This document shows positions 1 to 12,460 of a stretch of DNA of 64,000 nucleotides, piece after piece. Numbering within the stretch: the stretch's first letter is position 1; each line of letters starts with the position of its first letter. The notes under the pieces were generated by a model. That model saw only the letters and a list, made by a program, of their open reading frames with translations. It was not told where the DNA came from and made no database searches. Origin of the DNA: Ostrea edulis (taxonomy: Eukaryota); assembly GCF_947568905.1 (NCBI RefSeq), contig NC_079172.1, positions 59,706,001-59,770,000 of the forward strand. The letters run 5' to 3'. The translations under genes were made by a program, and so were the position numbers.

Positions 1-620
1 TAATCTTCCCCTAAAAAACTCCAAAAATGAAAAGCAAAAAAAAATATTGGAAAAATATTACATTTGAACTCGGAATGTATGGTTTAAGTGTAAGATTACC
101 GATCACCTAAACCATTAGGCCACCCAGGCATGTGAGTTTAAAGGTTTAACGTTTGACAGGCTGCTAAATCTCGAGGTAAATTTTGATAACGATTTTCTCA
201 TATTTTATCCATTTTCAACAAGAGGGCCACCTTAAACAAAATTTCTTCAAACGGACTTATATACAGTCATAATCAAGTACACAATTTCAGTGTTTTATTT
301 CTGGTTTAGGATGGCCTTTTGCAACAGTTTGCAATTTATTATGCCCATTACGTTACATCTACTATATACTCTATATAATCACGGTGATGTTTATGCTTAT
401 CAAATAAAGATACTATCAACATATCGATATTTTTACTAAGTAATTTGGGTAAACACAAGTATAAACTGACATTGTATAGCAGAATATTTGTAAAAAAAAT
501 GATATTTAAAAAAACAGGTATTTATGTAGGCGAAATTGCATACCAAGTGCTCTATACCCCTTTGTGGAATAATGACTTTAAACGACTACTGAAACATAAA
601 CGATTTTGTCAGTATAATGA

Positions 621-1250
621 AAGGTGAAAATAACGAACAGTGATCAATATCATAAGTCCCATAAGCAATACAAAATAGATAGTTAGACAAACAGACCCCT
701 AGACACACCAGAGGTGGGATCAGGTGCTCGGGAGGAGTAAGCATCCCCTGTCGACCAGTCACACTCTCCGTGAGCCCTATATCCTGATCAGGTAAACGGA
801 GTTATATGTAGTCAAAATCAGTGTGCCAAGAACAGCCTAACTATCGGTATGAAAGATGTCAGACAGCATTGATTTAGAAATTGATCATATGCAGGGCAAG
901 TTCTCGCGTATCAAACCAGTTCGAAGATACAAACAGATATAAAAGTTGAAATAAAATACAGCATTGATTTAGAAATTGATCATATGCAGGGCAAGTTCTC
1001 GCGTATCAAACCAGTTAGAAGATACAAACAAATATACAAGTAGAAAGAAAATATAAAGATGAGTTTTTAACGGTAGAAAATCGGAATTAATCCCATTTGT
1101 CACGAAGTTGATTTATTAGTTTACTATCAAAGTCTTTGCTCAGTAAAACATCCAAGTAGGAAACATATGTTTAAGACGTTGTATCATTTATATTGAGTTC
1201 ACTGGGATAAACCGGTGTGCGATCGACATATGAATGAAAATTAATATTTT
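621..1250 (-). mobile_element. Penelope-like element (PLE) 3' fragment, degenerate, with an internal 95-bp tandem duplication (865-959 / 960-1053)
   Basis: Begins with the family terminus AAGGTGAA(A/G)ATAACGAACAGTGATCAAT, followed by GGTGGGATCAGGTGC..GGAGGAGTAAGCATCCCCTG. The same sequence adjoins RT-coding pieces at 21.8-22.7 kb and 40-41 kb. Confidence 0.8.
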
Positions 1251-1330
1251 TCATATATCTAAGGCAACACGCACTTGGTTCATTTGAACACTTACAAAAT
1301 TCTAGAACTAAAAGGAAAACCATTAATATA

Positions 1331-1530
1331 TGCGGATAACTGCGGATAACGTTTACCTGATCAGGATGTGGGGCTCACGGCGGACGTGACCGGTCAACAG
1401 GGGATGATTACTCCTCCTAGGAACCTTATCACACCTCTGGTGTGTCCAGGGGTCCGTGTTTGCCCAACTATCTATTTTGTATTGCTTGTAGGAGTTATGA
1501 GATTGATCACTGTTCGTTATCTTCACCTTG
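1331..1530 (+). mobile_element. PLE 3' tail fragment, inverted relative to 621-1250
   Basis: GGGCTCACGGCGGACGTGACCGGTCAACAGGGGATG...CACTGTTCGTTATCTTCACCTTG is the reverse complement of the family tail. Confidence 0.85.
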
Positions 1531-1735
1531 CATATGATAGTACACTGTTGTTTTGAAAATGCATAGGTTATGTTGACTATGTTTAAAACTCGCTCTTGTG
1601 TGTTATCTCGAATTTAAGATGCGATTACTTTGATTGAACTAACAACATAATACTTTCAAAACTATCTATAGACCACACTCAATAATTTTCTCTATATTTT
1701 CTATTTTTATGTTCTCATCTTTTCACACTGTTTTA

Positions 1736-1883
1736 AAGTAAGAAAGTTTCCCAGTTTACTTTCGGAAGGTCGGTGGTCTCTTCCCAAGTGCATGGTATCT
1801 GGGTTCTCTCTTCCACAAACAAAATCTGGGCGCCACCATATAACTGAAAAATTGTTGAGTGTAGCGGAAAACATCAAACCAAA
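1736..1883 (+). mobile_element. 5'-truncated SINE-like retroposon with 13-bp target-site duplication
   Basis: Direct repeat TCACACTGTTTTA at 1723-1735 and 1884-1896. The tail CTGGGCGCCACCA.ATAACTGAAAA..GTTGAGTGT.GCGGAAAACA recurs at 38.2 kb. Confidence 0.75.
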
Positions 1884-4109
1884 TCACACTGTTTTACCCC
1901 TGAAAAACAAACAATGTTATCGTTGATATATTTGACTACAAATGACTTAGATAAATGAAATGATTTAGTATCCCATCGTATGTCTGTAGAAAGACACGTG
2001 TGGTGCAGCATTATATAGAAATACATACGAACTACATTACAGCTTTAGCGAGGTAGTAATGCACACGTCTGATTATCAAAATGTATTTGACCTGTCACGG
2101 CATAGTATGGAAATGTAAAGGTCACACTCCATTCACTGTAGCATTTGATATAATGATATTCCATGGTCAATAACAAAGATACACCGACTTCCTTTCCAGT
2201 AAATCTTTCATTTTATTACTGATGCAATGTACATTTTCTTATCAAGCTTACAAATCCAAAAATGATACAAATTAATAAAGACGGACAACAATGTTTTAAA
2301 AATAGAGTTTGACCTATTTATTCTACTTTGGCTAAAAGAAATGTATTTGTACTGATGCAATCCACTTCAAAGTCAACTTTCTTGTAAATGTACATTCGTC
2401 TATTAACACATGAATGCGTGTATATGTGTTTGATTTACTGCAACTATACAGAAACAAATACATGTATAAGTATTTCATAGGAAAGACTAATCACCTAACT
2501 TTTGATAAAAGTTACTCAGGTAAACAAATACTCTATCAATCTTTGTATGTAACATTCTCTACAGTAAATGTTATACATTTGTAATCTAAAAACCTGCACA
2601 CACTGTACAAAAATCATCTTATTAGAAAATTCGAAATTCATGTTACTAGAAACCATGACATTTTTACAAGCATAGATAGCTATAGAAAAACATTCCCATG
2701 CATGCATAAACATTGCCGGGGACCCGCCCTCCCCCCCCCCCCCGCCCAAATTATACATAAACTTTACAGCGTAACTCTTAAGCCTTCAATATTACGGATA
2801 TAAATATTAATCATAATATCTTATTATCATATACTTTGCAATCATTGCGCTAAAGTCGTGAAACTTTTAAATGATAAACGCACATTCCAAAGATGTCTTT
2901 TTACAAGTTAAAACGTCATGATTTCCATTGGCATTCTTAAAAATTTTCTTTCATAGAAAAACGCTACGCAGTCTTTCTCAATAAGTACGTCCAAATGGCA
3001 TGATAAAAATAATTTAAAAAATCAACTTTCATGTTATTTATGAAATAATATGACGTTTTAAATTAATTAGTCAAAACTTATTTGTATCATGTTCATCTTA
3101 TATCTTAGTTATACAAATACTTTTCAATAAATTTAATGTTTTGAATACACAATATGATGAAAAGTTTTGTTAAAAGCATACGACGACATATGATCATTGT
3201 GCGAGGAAAATTTAATAAAAAGAAATCGTATCAATTCATATTAATGTAACTCAATTGGAAAAGAGAAATTAAAAATTAGATATAATTTTCAATGCTTATT
3301 TCGATACTATAGAACTTCTTGAACCAGAAAATAATGATTTCAAGTCCCAAGTGGAGTATCAAATTTATCTACGTTGAGATATTACAACACAGGCAAATAA
3401 TGACGGGTATTTCAGTATTCTGGACCCGATATCAATTTGGCAAAATATATATCACTGTCTTTTTCCTGTAACCTTTCTATGTATGCCTTTTGAATCTCAG
3501 ATAGGGAATTTTCTATGCTTTTCTGTTAAATGGTTCATTTCTAAAAATGAATGTTCGTTACCATTATCTAAAATATTCGTTAACATTGTTCTATATGGGG
3601 ATAGGCCTGTACATACCAACAAAAATAAATACTATGTACCAACTCTGGCTATATTCCCAGTAATTCATCAATATAGAATGGTACCGTTTCAATATCAGGC
3701 ATGAAAAATACAAACAAATTCATTATTATCCATAAGGGTAAGTCTGAAATGACTGAATCCTTGTTACATTGCAATAAAAGTGTGTAAATATCTTTACTTT
3801 TATTTAAATTATATACATTGATACACAAAACAAAACTTTATTGCTTTTAATTAATGTGTAATGCAATACAGTTTTTCTTGAACCTTCTCAAAATGTTCGT
3901 TACCGTGGATTTTTGTAATTAAGCATGTGTGACAAAATCGCATGTCATGGATCATCATTGAATTCAGTCATAAAGTAGTATTCACAAACTTCAATAACGT
4001 AACAGAATACGTTTATATATAGACTGAAATTGTACTTTATTGAGCATCTGTAATAAGAGCACTTTCCTATCTATTGCATAATTTAAATTACCCGCGTTAT
4101 CGCTCTTAA

Positions 4110-5754
4110 AGGACACATCGCATGTTTTTAAACTTTTTAATTTTTTCAGCAAAATTAATTCATTTCATGCCTAAAACTACTTTACATGTGTTTTAAATGA
4201 AACAGTTTGCGTAGTTTTCGAGTTTGAAAGCGATGAAATTCAAATCTTGCGATATGCATATTTTTTTCGATATTTTACGCGCCATTATCTGTGACGTCAT
4301 ATGCGACCTCGAGCGAGAAGATTTCAAAACAGTTGTTAGCCATTTCATAAACAGATTAGATTTAATTGACAAACAAACAATTATCACATTAACGGCTTGT
4401 AAATAACACTGCATTAGGGTGTTTTGTGCCGTTTAAGGGTGTACTTGCTGTCAGTAGAGAGGCTTTGGACTGTTTTTTCCAATTTTCGAAGGAAGGTATG
4501 AGGGACAAGACGTGAATATTTTTTGTCGGCACAACGACTTTGCCATAAAAAACCCAGTAGAATTTGTCCCTGTACTTTTTTAAACAAGCATTTGGACAAA
4601 GACGTAGATAAACTGCGAGAAAATGGTTCTATCGAAGCTACCCACTGTTACATTTAGGCCTACGGCTTATGCTTTCCGTTCTGCTCTCAAATTCAATACA
4701 CACTCGCACCAACTGACCTTCACCTTGTAACACCATATAGGCAGAACTTCGCTAGCAGTGTCTACCAACTGGTAGTTTTAAAAAAGAAATTTGAAGATGA
4801 AAGATAATTGAACTTTCAATTATAAATAATAAAATATGATATTTTCTAACTTTGAATTGAATTATAATGCTTTCATTTTTTTTTAAAGGAACACGTACGT
4901 GTTTACAACAACGTACTAGCACGCCGCGCTCCCACTTCCTAAGTAACAACGTGTAGATAACAAAAAAAAATGATTAATAAAATTGCTTGAATAAAATAAT
5001 TTAAAGGTATTGGGATTTTCACCATAAGTTTGATAATTTTCATTATTTTTTTTTTCGAAATGCACTGTCACAGTAGGCCTAGTTGTCAATGATACATAAT
5101 CGTATCATAATTTAGATCTATCTAACTTCTCCAAAATAAATTTAATAATAATTGCACTGTTTATTTTCAAAAAGCAACAACGCTAATTACAGTTGTTTAC
5201 AGAAATGACATATTACCATATTCTGTTTAGACCACAGGCACCTGAATTTCTGTCAATAAGTCGCTAAATAAAGCCAAAGATCGAAAAATCCTACCCCCTC
5301 TATATATAAATACATTTAGGTGCCTGTGTTTAGACAGTGATCCCATGTAAACATTATTTACTCGCAGATTTCATACTCGCTTTCCTCGTTACATTTGGGC
5401 CGCTATTTGTATGCACTGGTGGCTAAAAGATATAAGACTCGGGAAATTTGTTAACATCGAAATAAATGTTATCCATGGTAAATTTATTAGGCCCCTAAAA
5501 CCCGAGTTTTTAAAAATATCTAACACTACTTTTACAACAAGTTGATCGACGAAGGTCGCATATGACGTCACTGTACCACGTGACTACCTATCTAATTAAC
5601 TAGGCTTTTTGAAATCGGGGCTTATATTTAAGTCCGTATTGTGGCTAATTATCGCAATACTTCAGCGAACGAACTATTACAATTAATTTCTATAAGCATA
5701 AGGAAGACAAAATGCATATAATTTTGTATACTTTGAAAACACGATATGTGTCCT
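4110..5754. mobile_element. Non-autonomous TTAA-flanked DNA transposon (Kolobok-like)
   Basis: TTAA|AGGACACATCGCATGTTTT ... AAAACACGATATGTGTCCT|TTAA. Purine-purine termini with a TTAA duplication are the Kolobok signature. No intact ORF. Confidence 0.75.
5233..5328. mobile_element. 96-bp MITE nested in the Kolobok-like element
   Basis: TIR CACAGGCACCT / AGGTGCCTGTG. Perfect 7-bp direct repeat TTTAGAC at 5226-5232 and 5329-5335. Confidence 0.7.
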
Positions 5755-6494
5755 TTAAGTATACCATAAGTGTCAATTTGCATCACATGGCAAGACTACG
5801 TCATCAATTCTGACGTCTGGTGTCCTTTATGCAAAGCAGAGTCTGGTAAAGATATGCTGGGAGCAAGTTTCGTATACATTGGTAACGAACATTTAAATTA
5901 CGAACATTTATATCACAAAAGAAGTTAGGGAATTAAAAAGATGTTCTGATAATAATTACCTTATGGTTTGTATTTTCAAAATTAACAGTACTAAGGTTTA
6001 TTACGATTAAAAGTTAAACCGATGTTGCGTGTATAATTTGCTAAACTCAGTGGGAACGGGCATTTTAATTTGATTGTTAAAGTTCAAACACAATTAATTT
6101 TCAAGTGTGTCGAGTCATAAACATAATGTAAAAAGACTTGATAACTCATATTTTTACTAAGTTTTGTATTTTTATACTGATTTAAATGTGATGAATGTTT
6201 AAAAATTGAAAAATCAATAGTTCGTTTAGATCCTAGTAACGAACGTTTTTTATAAACTTAACATACCGGCGACAGCACTATTTTCAAAGTTTATGCATAA
6301 AATTGACAACAAATCCAAGTAAAATATATGCAAAAATTTACTATGAGATAGCCAGAACATTTTATATTCAATCCTATCCTCATGTATTAGGAAAATCATT
6401 TTTCTATCGACCATTAAATACAAGACAATGCTTTCGGCGACAGTAACCAACATTGAATTTGACGCACATATATTAGGATTTTCTCTTTATTTAG

Positions 6495-6910
6495 TATTGG
6501 ATAATACTGAAGTATATCTTTCCAACGTCTACCAGCATTGTGCTATCTACTAATAATGTAGCGGTTCCTTTGTCATCCTTTTTAACATTGATGTAGACCG
6601 GAACATAAAATGACCCTAAGTAATGAGAAAGAATGTAAGGTAACTTGCAAGTTCTACTTAAGTTTGTTCATCCGGAAAGAAAATAATATGAAATCCAAGT
6701 CAAGCCAAAAAATGTAATATTCAAACAAAGTCTGGAAAACACAAAACTAAAAAATGCAGGGGAAAGTTTTGTAAATATATGTAGTTTATGTCAAGAAATG
6801 AAGCGGATATTAAATGATTTTCGAATTGACAATCTACTTTCAGATGCTGAATTGATGGAGATCCCGTGATTGCAATTTCAAAGTCTTCTTAAATTACTCA
6901 TTCCAACACT
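6495..6910 (+). pseudogene. Two degenerate leucine-rich-repeat exon remnants upstream of the LRRCT exon
   Basis: 6495-6548 reads SIG*Y*SISFQRLPALCYL after a TTTATTTAG acceptor. About 6820-6910 reads NLLSDAELMEIP*LQFQSLLKLL. Both resemble the LxxIPxxxFxxLxxLxxL pattern but contain stops. Confidence 0.45.
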
Positions 6911-6975
6911 CCACTTGTCCTGTACCTTAGTTTTAACATTTATATGTTATACAAATATACAATTATGTTCTTCAG

Positions 6976-7223
6976 TGTAATTGAAAACAATCCTCTTCAC
7001 TGTGATTGTCAGCTAGTCCCCTTCCTCAGTTTCGCCAAATCAAGAAGCTTGGGATTAGGATTGCTCTATGAGCCAACCTGTCACACCCCCGATAATCTGA
7101 GAGGAACACAGCTTAAGAACTTACAACTTCAAGAAATGTCGAGGAACTGTGGTTTGGATTTCACTACAGTTACTCCTGGTACTACAGAGCTTGCTATAGT
7201 ATCTACAGAAGTGATGCTACCTA
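6976..7223 (+). CDS. Exon encoding an LRR C-terminal cap (LRRCT) and the start of a Thr-rich stalk
   Basis: NNPLHCDCQLVPFLSFAKSRSLGLGLLYEPTCHTPDNLRGTQLKNLQLQEMSRNC matches NPxxCxC...CxxP...C. Acceptor TTCTTCAG, donor GTAAGC, 248 nt, phase 2 to phase 1. Confidence 0.8.
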
Positions 7224-7349
7224 GTAAGCGTTCTACATTTACTAAATTCTCCTGTATTATTAAATTCACTTTAGCGTGTAGTAAAATATATTTACATACT
7301 ATATATCTAACATATATTCCTAAAGTAATGATGCATTTAATTATTGAAG

Positions 7350-7424
7350 GTAATGCAGACTCGACAACAACTACTAGAGTGACTCCACACAATGATGTGA
7401 TCTCTACAACAATGGTGATCCCTG
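7350..7424 (+). CDS. Small Thr-rich (mucin-like) exon of the LRR gene
   Basis: AG|GT AAT GCA GAC TCG ACA ACA ACT ACT...CCT G|GTATAT. 75 nt, phase 1-1, in frame with the LRRCT exon. Confidence 0.6.
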
Positions 7425-8138
7425 GTATATATAGGCGGACAACATTTACTAAATTTTCTTGGATTGTTAAGTAGTAACACGTACAATAACATTTGTAAAG
7501 CAATGTATTAAATGCATGAATCGTGATCATATCTAGAGTACCGCGCATTCTCTAATCATATATTCGTTTCGTGCATTCACGACGTTAAGTTGATCACTGA
7601 TGATGTTTAATGGAAATATTAAGATACACAAAGTACTATACAGTTTATTCACAAATGGAAAATTAAGATTCTGTTGTTAGCAGTAATATTTCATTTCCAT
7701 CATCGTTGTTCATTATCAGATATCAAACATTGGCTCTCCTACAACTTTCAACATTATTGAATATTGTTTATTGAACTGAAACATATAAAAGTTAGGTCGA
7801 TATTTGCATGCCCCCACAAGATTAAATGCTACAAATGTCGATATTGTAACGATATAAAAGAATACTGTCATAACAATGAATAACACATCAATTGTATCCA
7901 ACGTGAATATCATATCGTTACGATATTGACATATCTTGGAACTTCAGTCAGTCAACTTGATACATCAATTCTTTGTTGATATCAGTACAATACTATTGAT
8001 ATTAGGAAATGTATATAATATAATATTGATACGTTTCTAATTATTGGCTAATCTAGTTTTGTCGATATGGAAATTGACATTCAATGTGTTGGATATATAA
8101 ACGTACGAATAAACAAATAAAAAGGCAAGATATGATAG

Positions 8139-9646
8139 GAAGACAGGGATGCGTGTATCAGAATTCTGAAATCAGATATGGTACCAACCATCTACTGCTT
8201 CCTGTAAAACAAAGTGAGATTTACATCGCTGCAGTGAACACGGGTAAGTAAATAAACAATAATGTGTTACCAATACAATATGTAAACTTAGTTCACTTAA
8301 TTAGTACATGTAGCTTAGCATACAATTTATATTTCGTATTCATTCGGTAAACGCGCACGCGTGATTTATACGTGATTTTGTGGATGGAGTAATGCGGGTC
8401 AGCATGTCTATATTGCGGGCATGGATGATATAACTTTAGCAAGATTGAAGTCTTGCAACCTCATATTTTTGATACCATTACAATAATGTTGGTATCAGCA
8501 AGCTTCTTCATCAAAGACTGACATACCATATACTGTCGATAAAGGCTAATCAATATGATACAATGTTTGGACATATGTGAGTATGGAGTGTAAGAACGAT
8601 GCATGATAAAACACTGTTTGACATTAACCTCATATGAGAATATGAAATATTTGACAGCGTCATCATTGTTCTAAAGCTCAATATGGTAATACCCATTAGT
8701 TGTCAGTGTTACTACTGTTGATACCGTTTGACATCAATCAATAATTTTTTTCTGATATCAAATGATGATTGTATTCCTACAGTAAATGTGAACAAGTAAG
8801 TATTTTACATTGTTAGAAGAAATCATGAAAATGGTCAATTTATGGATTAAACGCGCTTGTGTAGTTTATATATATCTACATATTTGTTTGTTACTGTAAT
8901 CGAATGAGTATTGACAACAAACGTTCGCGGAAACTGAGAGAGGGTGAGGTGTCCTAGGATGAATTTAGAGTTACCAAGCCTTGAGTTGATGACGCAGTGC
9001 TCGAGGTTTGAGTGGAAGACATTTGGTGCTTCTGTTTACATTTTGTTTCTTTCATTTGATAAAAGAATATTAGTTCTTAAGTTCAATTCAAATTTTAGAG
9101 AAAGAGAGAGAGAAAAAAATTCAATTCTTTATGCTTATGTTCAAAACAGTTCAAATTAAATGTATTGCATTATCTTATAAATAACATTTTTATAGTTTAG
9201 TTTTACAGTCTATAATCTGCATCAAATCAATACATCGGATGTTGGCTGTAATGTAAGTATCGATACCGATCCCCAGGACCGGAAGTTCTGGACGCTTAGG
9301 TAAATACTACGTAAATAATCGTATGGTTACTAATAACATGTTCGATGACACTGGTATCAGTTCATAGTTTGATTTAATTGTTTGTGAATATTGAATAAAC
9401 GTAGAAGGGGGATATTTAATATTCTATTTGAAAAAGAAACAAATTATCAAATGTCTATTTATATCTCGTATTTAAATCCCGAGTTAAATATTAAGGTATT
9501 CGATATTTTGAAACAGGTTCTGGATACATGACTCCGAGGTTTGAGCTTCACATATTTTGGAGAAGTGCTCTGTACTTAGTGGTAGATGGAATGTCAACGA
9601 ATGTACATGGGAAAACGAAACAAAGTGTCCAGGGGTATAAACTCAG
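8139..9646 (+). CDS. Candidate downstream exons of the LRR gene (8139-8243, 9209-9299, 9517-about 9640)
   Basis: Phase-compatible chain 1-1, 1-2, 2-. Peptides are RQGCVYQNSEIRYGTNHLLLPVKQSEIYIAAVNT, YNLHQINTSDVGCNVSIDTDPQDRKFWTLR and FWIHDSEV*ASHILEKCSVLSGRWNVNECTWENETKCPGV. There is an in-frame TGA at 9542-9544, and the first acceptor is weak. Confidence 0.35.
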
Positions 9647-10025
9647 GTAACGTAAATGTTCTGAGTCACATTGATGGGGACATTCCAAAATCATACAGTG
9701 TAAGTGTACTAATCCCGTCATCTTAATTAGCATAATTGCCATAATTGCTTTATTTTACCATTTGGTTTGTTTTGTCAAAGTATAAAAAAAAAGCCTCCAC
9801 ACGCCTGCTGTATAGTCCTGAACACTCGCTGATAGGATCATCTGGCGAAGCGTCAAACTCATGTCACGCTAGGCGTTATTACTGTAATAAACTCTCACTG
9901 CTAGGACCATTTGCGTCATGTCTTGTCAAAAATGGCGCTTCATCTAACGTTTGTGATGTCTCTACATGAACGACAAATTCTTAGATAGGACGTGCATATA
10001 TACCAACATACAAACATACCAATAT

Positions 10026-10028
<3 letters not shown>

Positions 10029-10088
<60 letters not shown>

Positions 10089-10090
10089 CC
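10029..10090. repeat. (CT)n microsatellite followed by short (CA)n
   Basis: Directly visible. Confidence 0.98.
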
Positions 10091-10299
10091 ACCCATCTAT
10101 ATATCTCTTTCTCAGATAAAGTAATGATAATACATGAAGCTTTTATAATTTTTCAAGCAATACATCTACTCTAAAGACAAACATATACAGCTATATATTT
10201 GATATGAAGTGTAGTCAACTTAGATTGAACATAAAATATAGATTTCAGACAAAGGTTTTTCATTTTCAGCCTTTGAAATCATACATTTTAAAACAACTA

Positions 10300-11650
10300 A
10301 ACCAGAAAACACAAAACTTTCGTGAGAGCTCTCTTAATTAGCGTGAATTAAAATTTGTTCAAATCATGAACCGCAGGGGTAGGTTAGTGTTAAAAGAGGG
10401 ATCGAAAGTTTGCATTGGGACATAAAGGAAATTATTGCTTTTACATCTACCTCTCGAGAACAGTAGAGTCTAGATAAAATCATATCATTATGGAATTTTC
10501 CTCAAGTTGTGTAGTTTTAGCTTGGCTGCAGGGGTAGGGAAAAATTCGAAAACAAAGTTTTAGTTGGAAATTCACAGGGGATTTAAAAACATAGTTTCCC
10601 TTAAGACCAACAGGGCCATTTTTGGTAACAATAATATGCAAGCATCATCAGAAAGTGGAGATTCAAGTTCGTCCAATGTGTGGCTCCCGGAGTAAAGATG
10701 GACCACTATAAGGGATCAAAGTTAGAACATATATAGTAAAACGTCTTTTAAAAGATTCTTAATTTGAACAACTAGGTCATGTTTGTCATTTTGATCGACA
10801 AATATGCTCAAGTAGTGCAAATATAAAATTGTTCAAATCAATGCCAACCCCAACCCCGGAATAGGATGGGGTCACAACGGGTTATCATGGTTTTATATCA
10901 TGGAAACTTTTAAAACCATCAAGAGTGACAGTACCATGGGGGCTGAGTGTGTGGGTGGGCGAGGGACGTGGGAAGGGATCTCAATAAGTATCAAATTTCC
11001 ACATAAGAATACATAAGAGAGAATCTTTAGAAATCTTCTCACGAGCAGCAGGGCCGGGACTAGTCACATCAATATGCAAGCATCTTCATGAAGTGATAAT
11101 CCACGTTACATGAAATCAATGTCCCGAGATAGCACGGATAGGTTTGGTCTACAATATTGATTTAATCATATACCTAAGAAATGTTTGAAAATGATATTCT
11201 CAAAAGAACAGAGCCGGTATTCGTATCCTCAGGTAGAGCAGATTCAAGTTTGCTTAGGGATGGGTAATAGGAACAACAGGGGATAAAAATTTTATGGGGG
11301 AATGTATACCTTGAATGGTCTTTTTCTCAAGAACTCTAGTCGTGATTAATCATATTCCTATGCAAGCACACCAATGCTCTATAGAATCATATTTTGATCA
11401 AACCATGGCCCGTGTAGCTAAAGTACGGGACTAAAGTTAGCTAACCCGTGTAGCTAAAGTTTTACACGAGAACAAATTGTACAAATTTTAAAGACTCTTT
11501 TCAAGCGCAGCAGGACCACGCTAAACATTTTATATACAAACATCCCAAATTGTGTGGATGCAAGGTTTTTTTTAGGGATTATATCAAATTATAAACCCCT
11601 GGGTAGGGTGCATTTGGAATCGAAAGAAAGATTTTACATGATACACTAGG
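10300..11650. repeat. Degenerate interspersed or satellite-like repeat resembling Helentron (HINE) central arrays of oysters
   Basis: Recurring ATGCAAGCATC...GATTCAAGTT / TTGTTCAAATCA...GGGGTAGG motifs at about 160-180 bp spacing. Family assignment is from memory of oyster repeats. Confidence 0.4.
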
Positions 11651-12460
11651 GGGATAGCTTTATAAATTAGTATTTCGAATGTCTTCAGGTATGACTTAAC
11701 TTGACTATTTATCAACGTGATATAGTTAACTCGTTCCATTTGACTTTAATTAAGTCTATTATTAATACTTAGAACATTGTGGATCAGCTCTTTGGACGAA
11801 CAAGACATCTTCTAATTCGCTCTGCTTTCAACATTGATTGCCAAGCCTGATTTAATGATTTTATGCTTCTAAATCACCGGTAATCATCTTACATCAGTTT
11901 TAAAACATATATTTTATTTTAACAAAAAACAAGGGTAAAAGTGACCTCAACACTATTTTGAACAAGGGAATCCGTTTCATTTGCTTGTGGGCATGCTCTA
12001 GGGATTAAGTTCCCTCTTTCAATGTGTTTACTGAGAGTTAATGGAATGACATAGTTGGATGCTATGGCCAATACTAATACAGCCGATCCTAGTTTTTTTC
12101 CTAGCAATTTTCTCGCGATTTGATATTCTGTGTAGGTCAAAGTTTTGGAAACCCCAAGCCATTCTTGTAAATCTGAGAGCTATTGTACAGTCAGTTAATG
12201 TGAGAATACTTTTGTAATTAACATTGATATTCATATCTTCTAAATGGTATGAAAATGATTCATTATGTATATTTAGCAATTGTAAGGTATACTTTGATTT
12301 GTAAACAAAAGAAATTCAAATTCTAAGAACATGAATTTTGAAATACTAACATCAAATATACATAATTTACTAATACGCAAATACATATAATGCAGCACTA
12401 GCATGATATGCATGGTGATATCATATTTTAGATATTTTCAAGATTGCTTCCCTGGAATAG

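Noticed and set aside
60-231. Kolobok-like end (..GGCCACC|TTAA) with a tRNA-like core at the window start, and a similar start at about 28498
   Set aside because: Only one terminus is visible in each case, so TIR and TSD pairing cannot be verified.
1368-1556. Recurring ORFs of the type MGLTADVTGQQGM..PPRHLIPPL..VRYLH (also 15846, 21545/21680, 29357, 55210)
   Set aside because: They are translations of the PLE 3' tail downstream of, or antisense to, the RT stop. They recur with indels in every copy and are not genes.
3300-3710. Possible coding exons near 3.3-3.7 kb
   Set aside because: Stops occur in all plausible frames and there is no recognisable motif.
6486-6625. Minus-strand 41-codon terminal-exon-like frame (SFYVPVYINVKKDDKG..IIQY*)
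   Set aside because: It is antisense to an LRR-like remnant, and no compatible upstream minus-strand exon was found.
8390-8790. Possible degenerate integrase-like (minus) or LRR-like (plus) coding remnant
   Set aside because: Only scattered residue matches across several frames with many stops; not distinguishable from chance by eye.
9542-9544. In-frame TGA codons (also 50277) as selenocysteine
   Set aside because: No SECIS was found nearby, and the neighbouring exons carry other disabling lesions, so decay is the simpler explanation.
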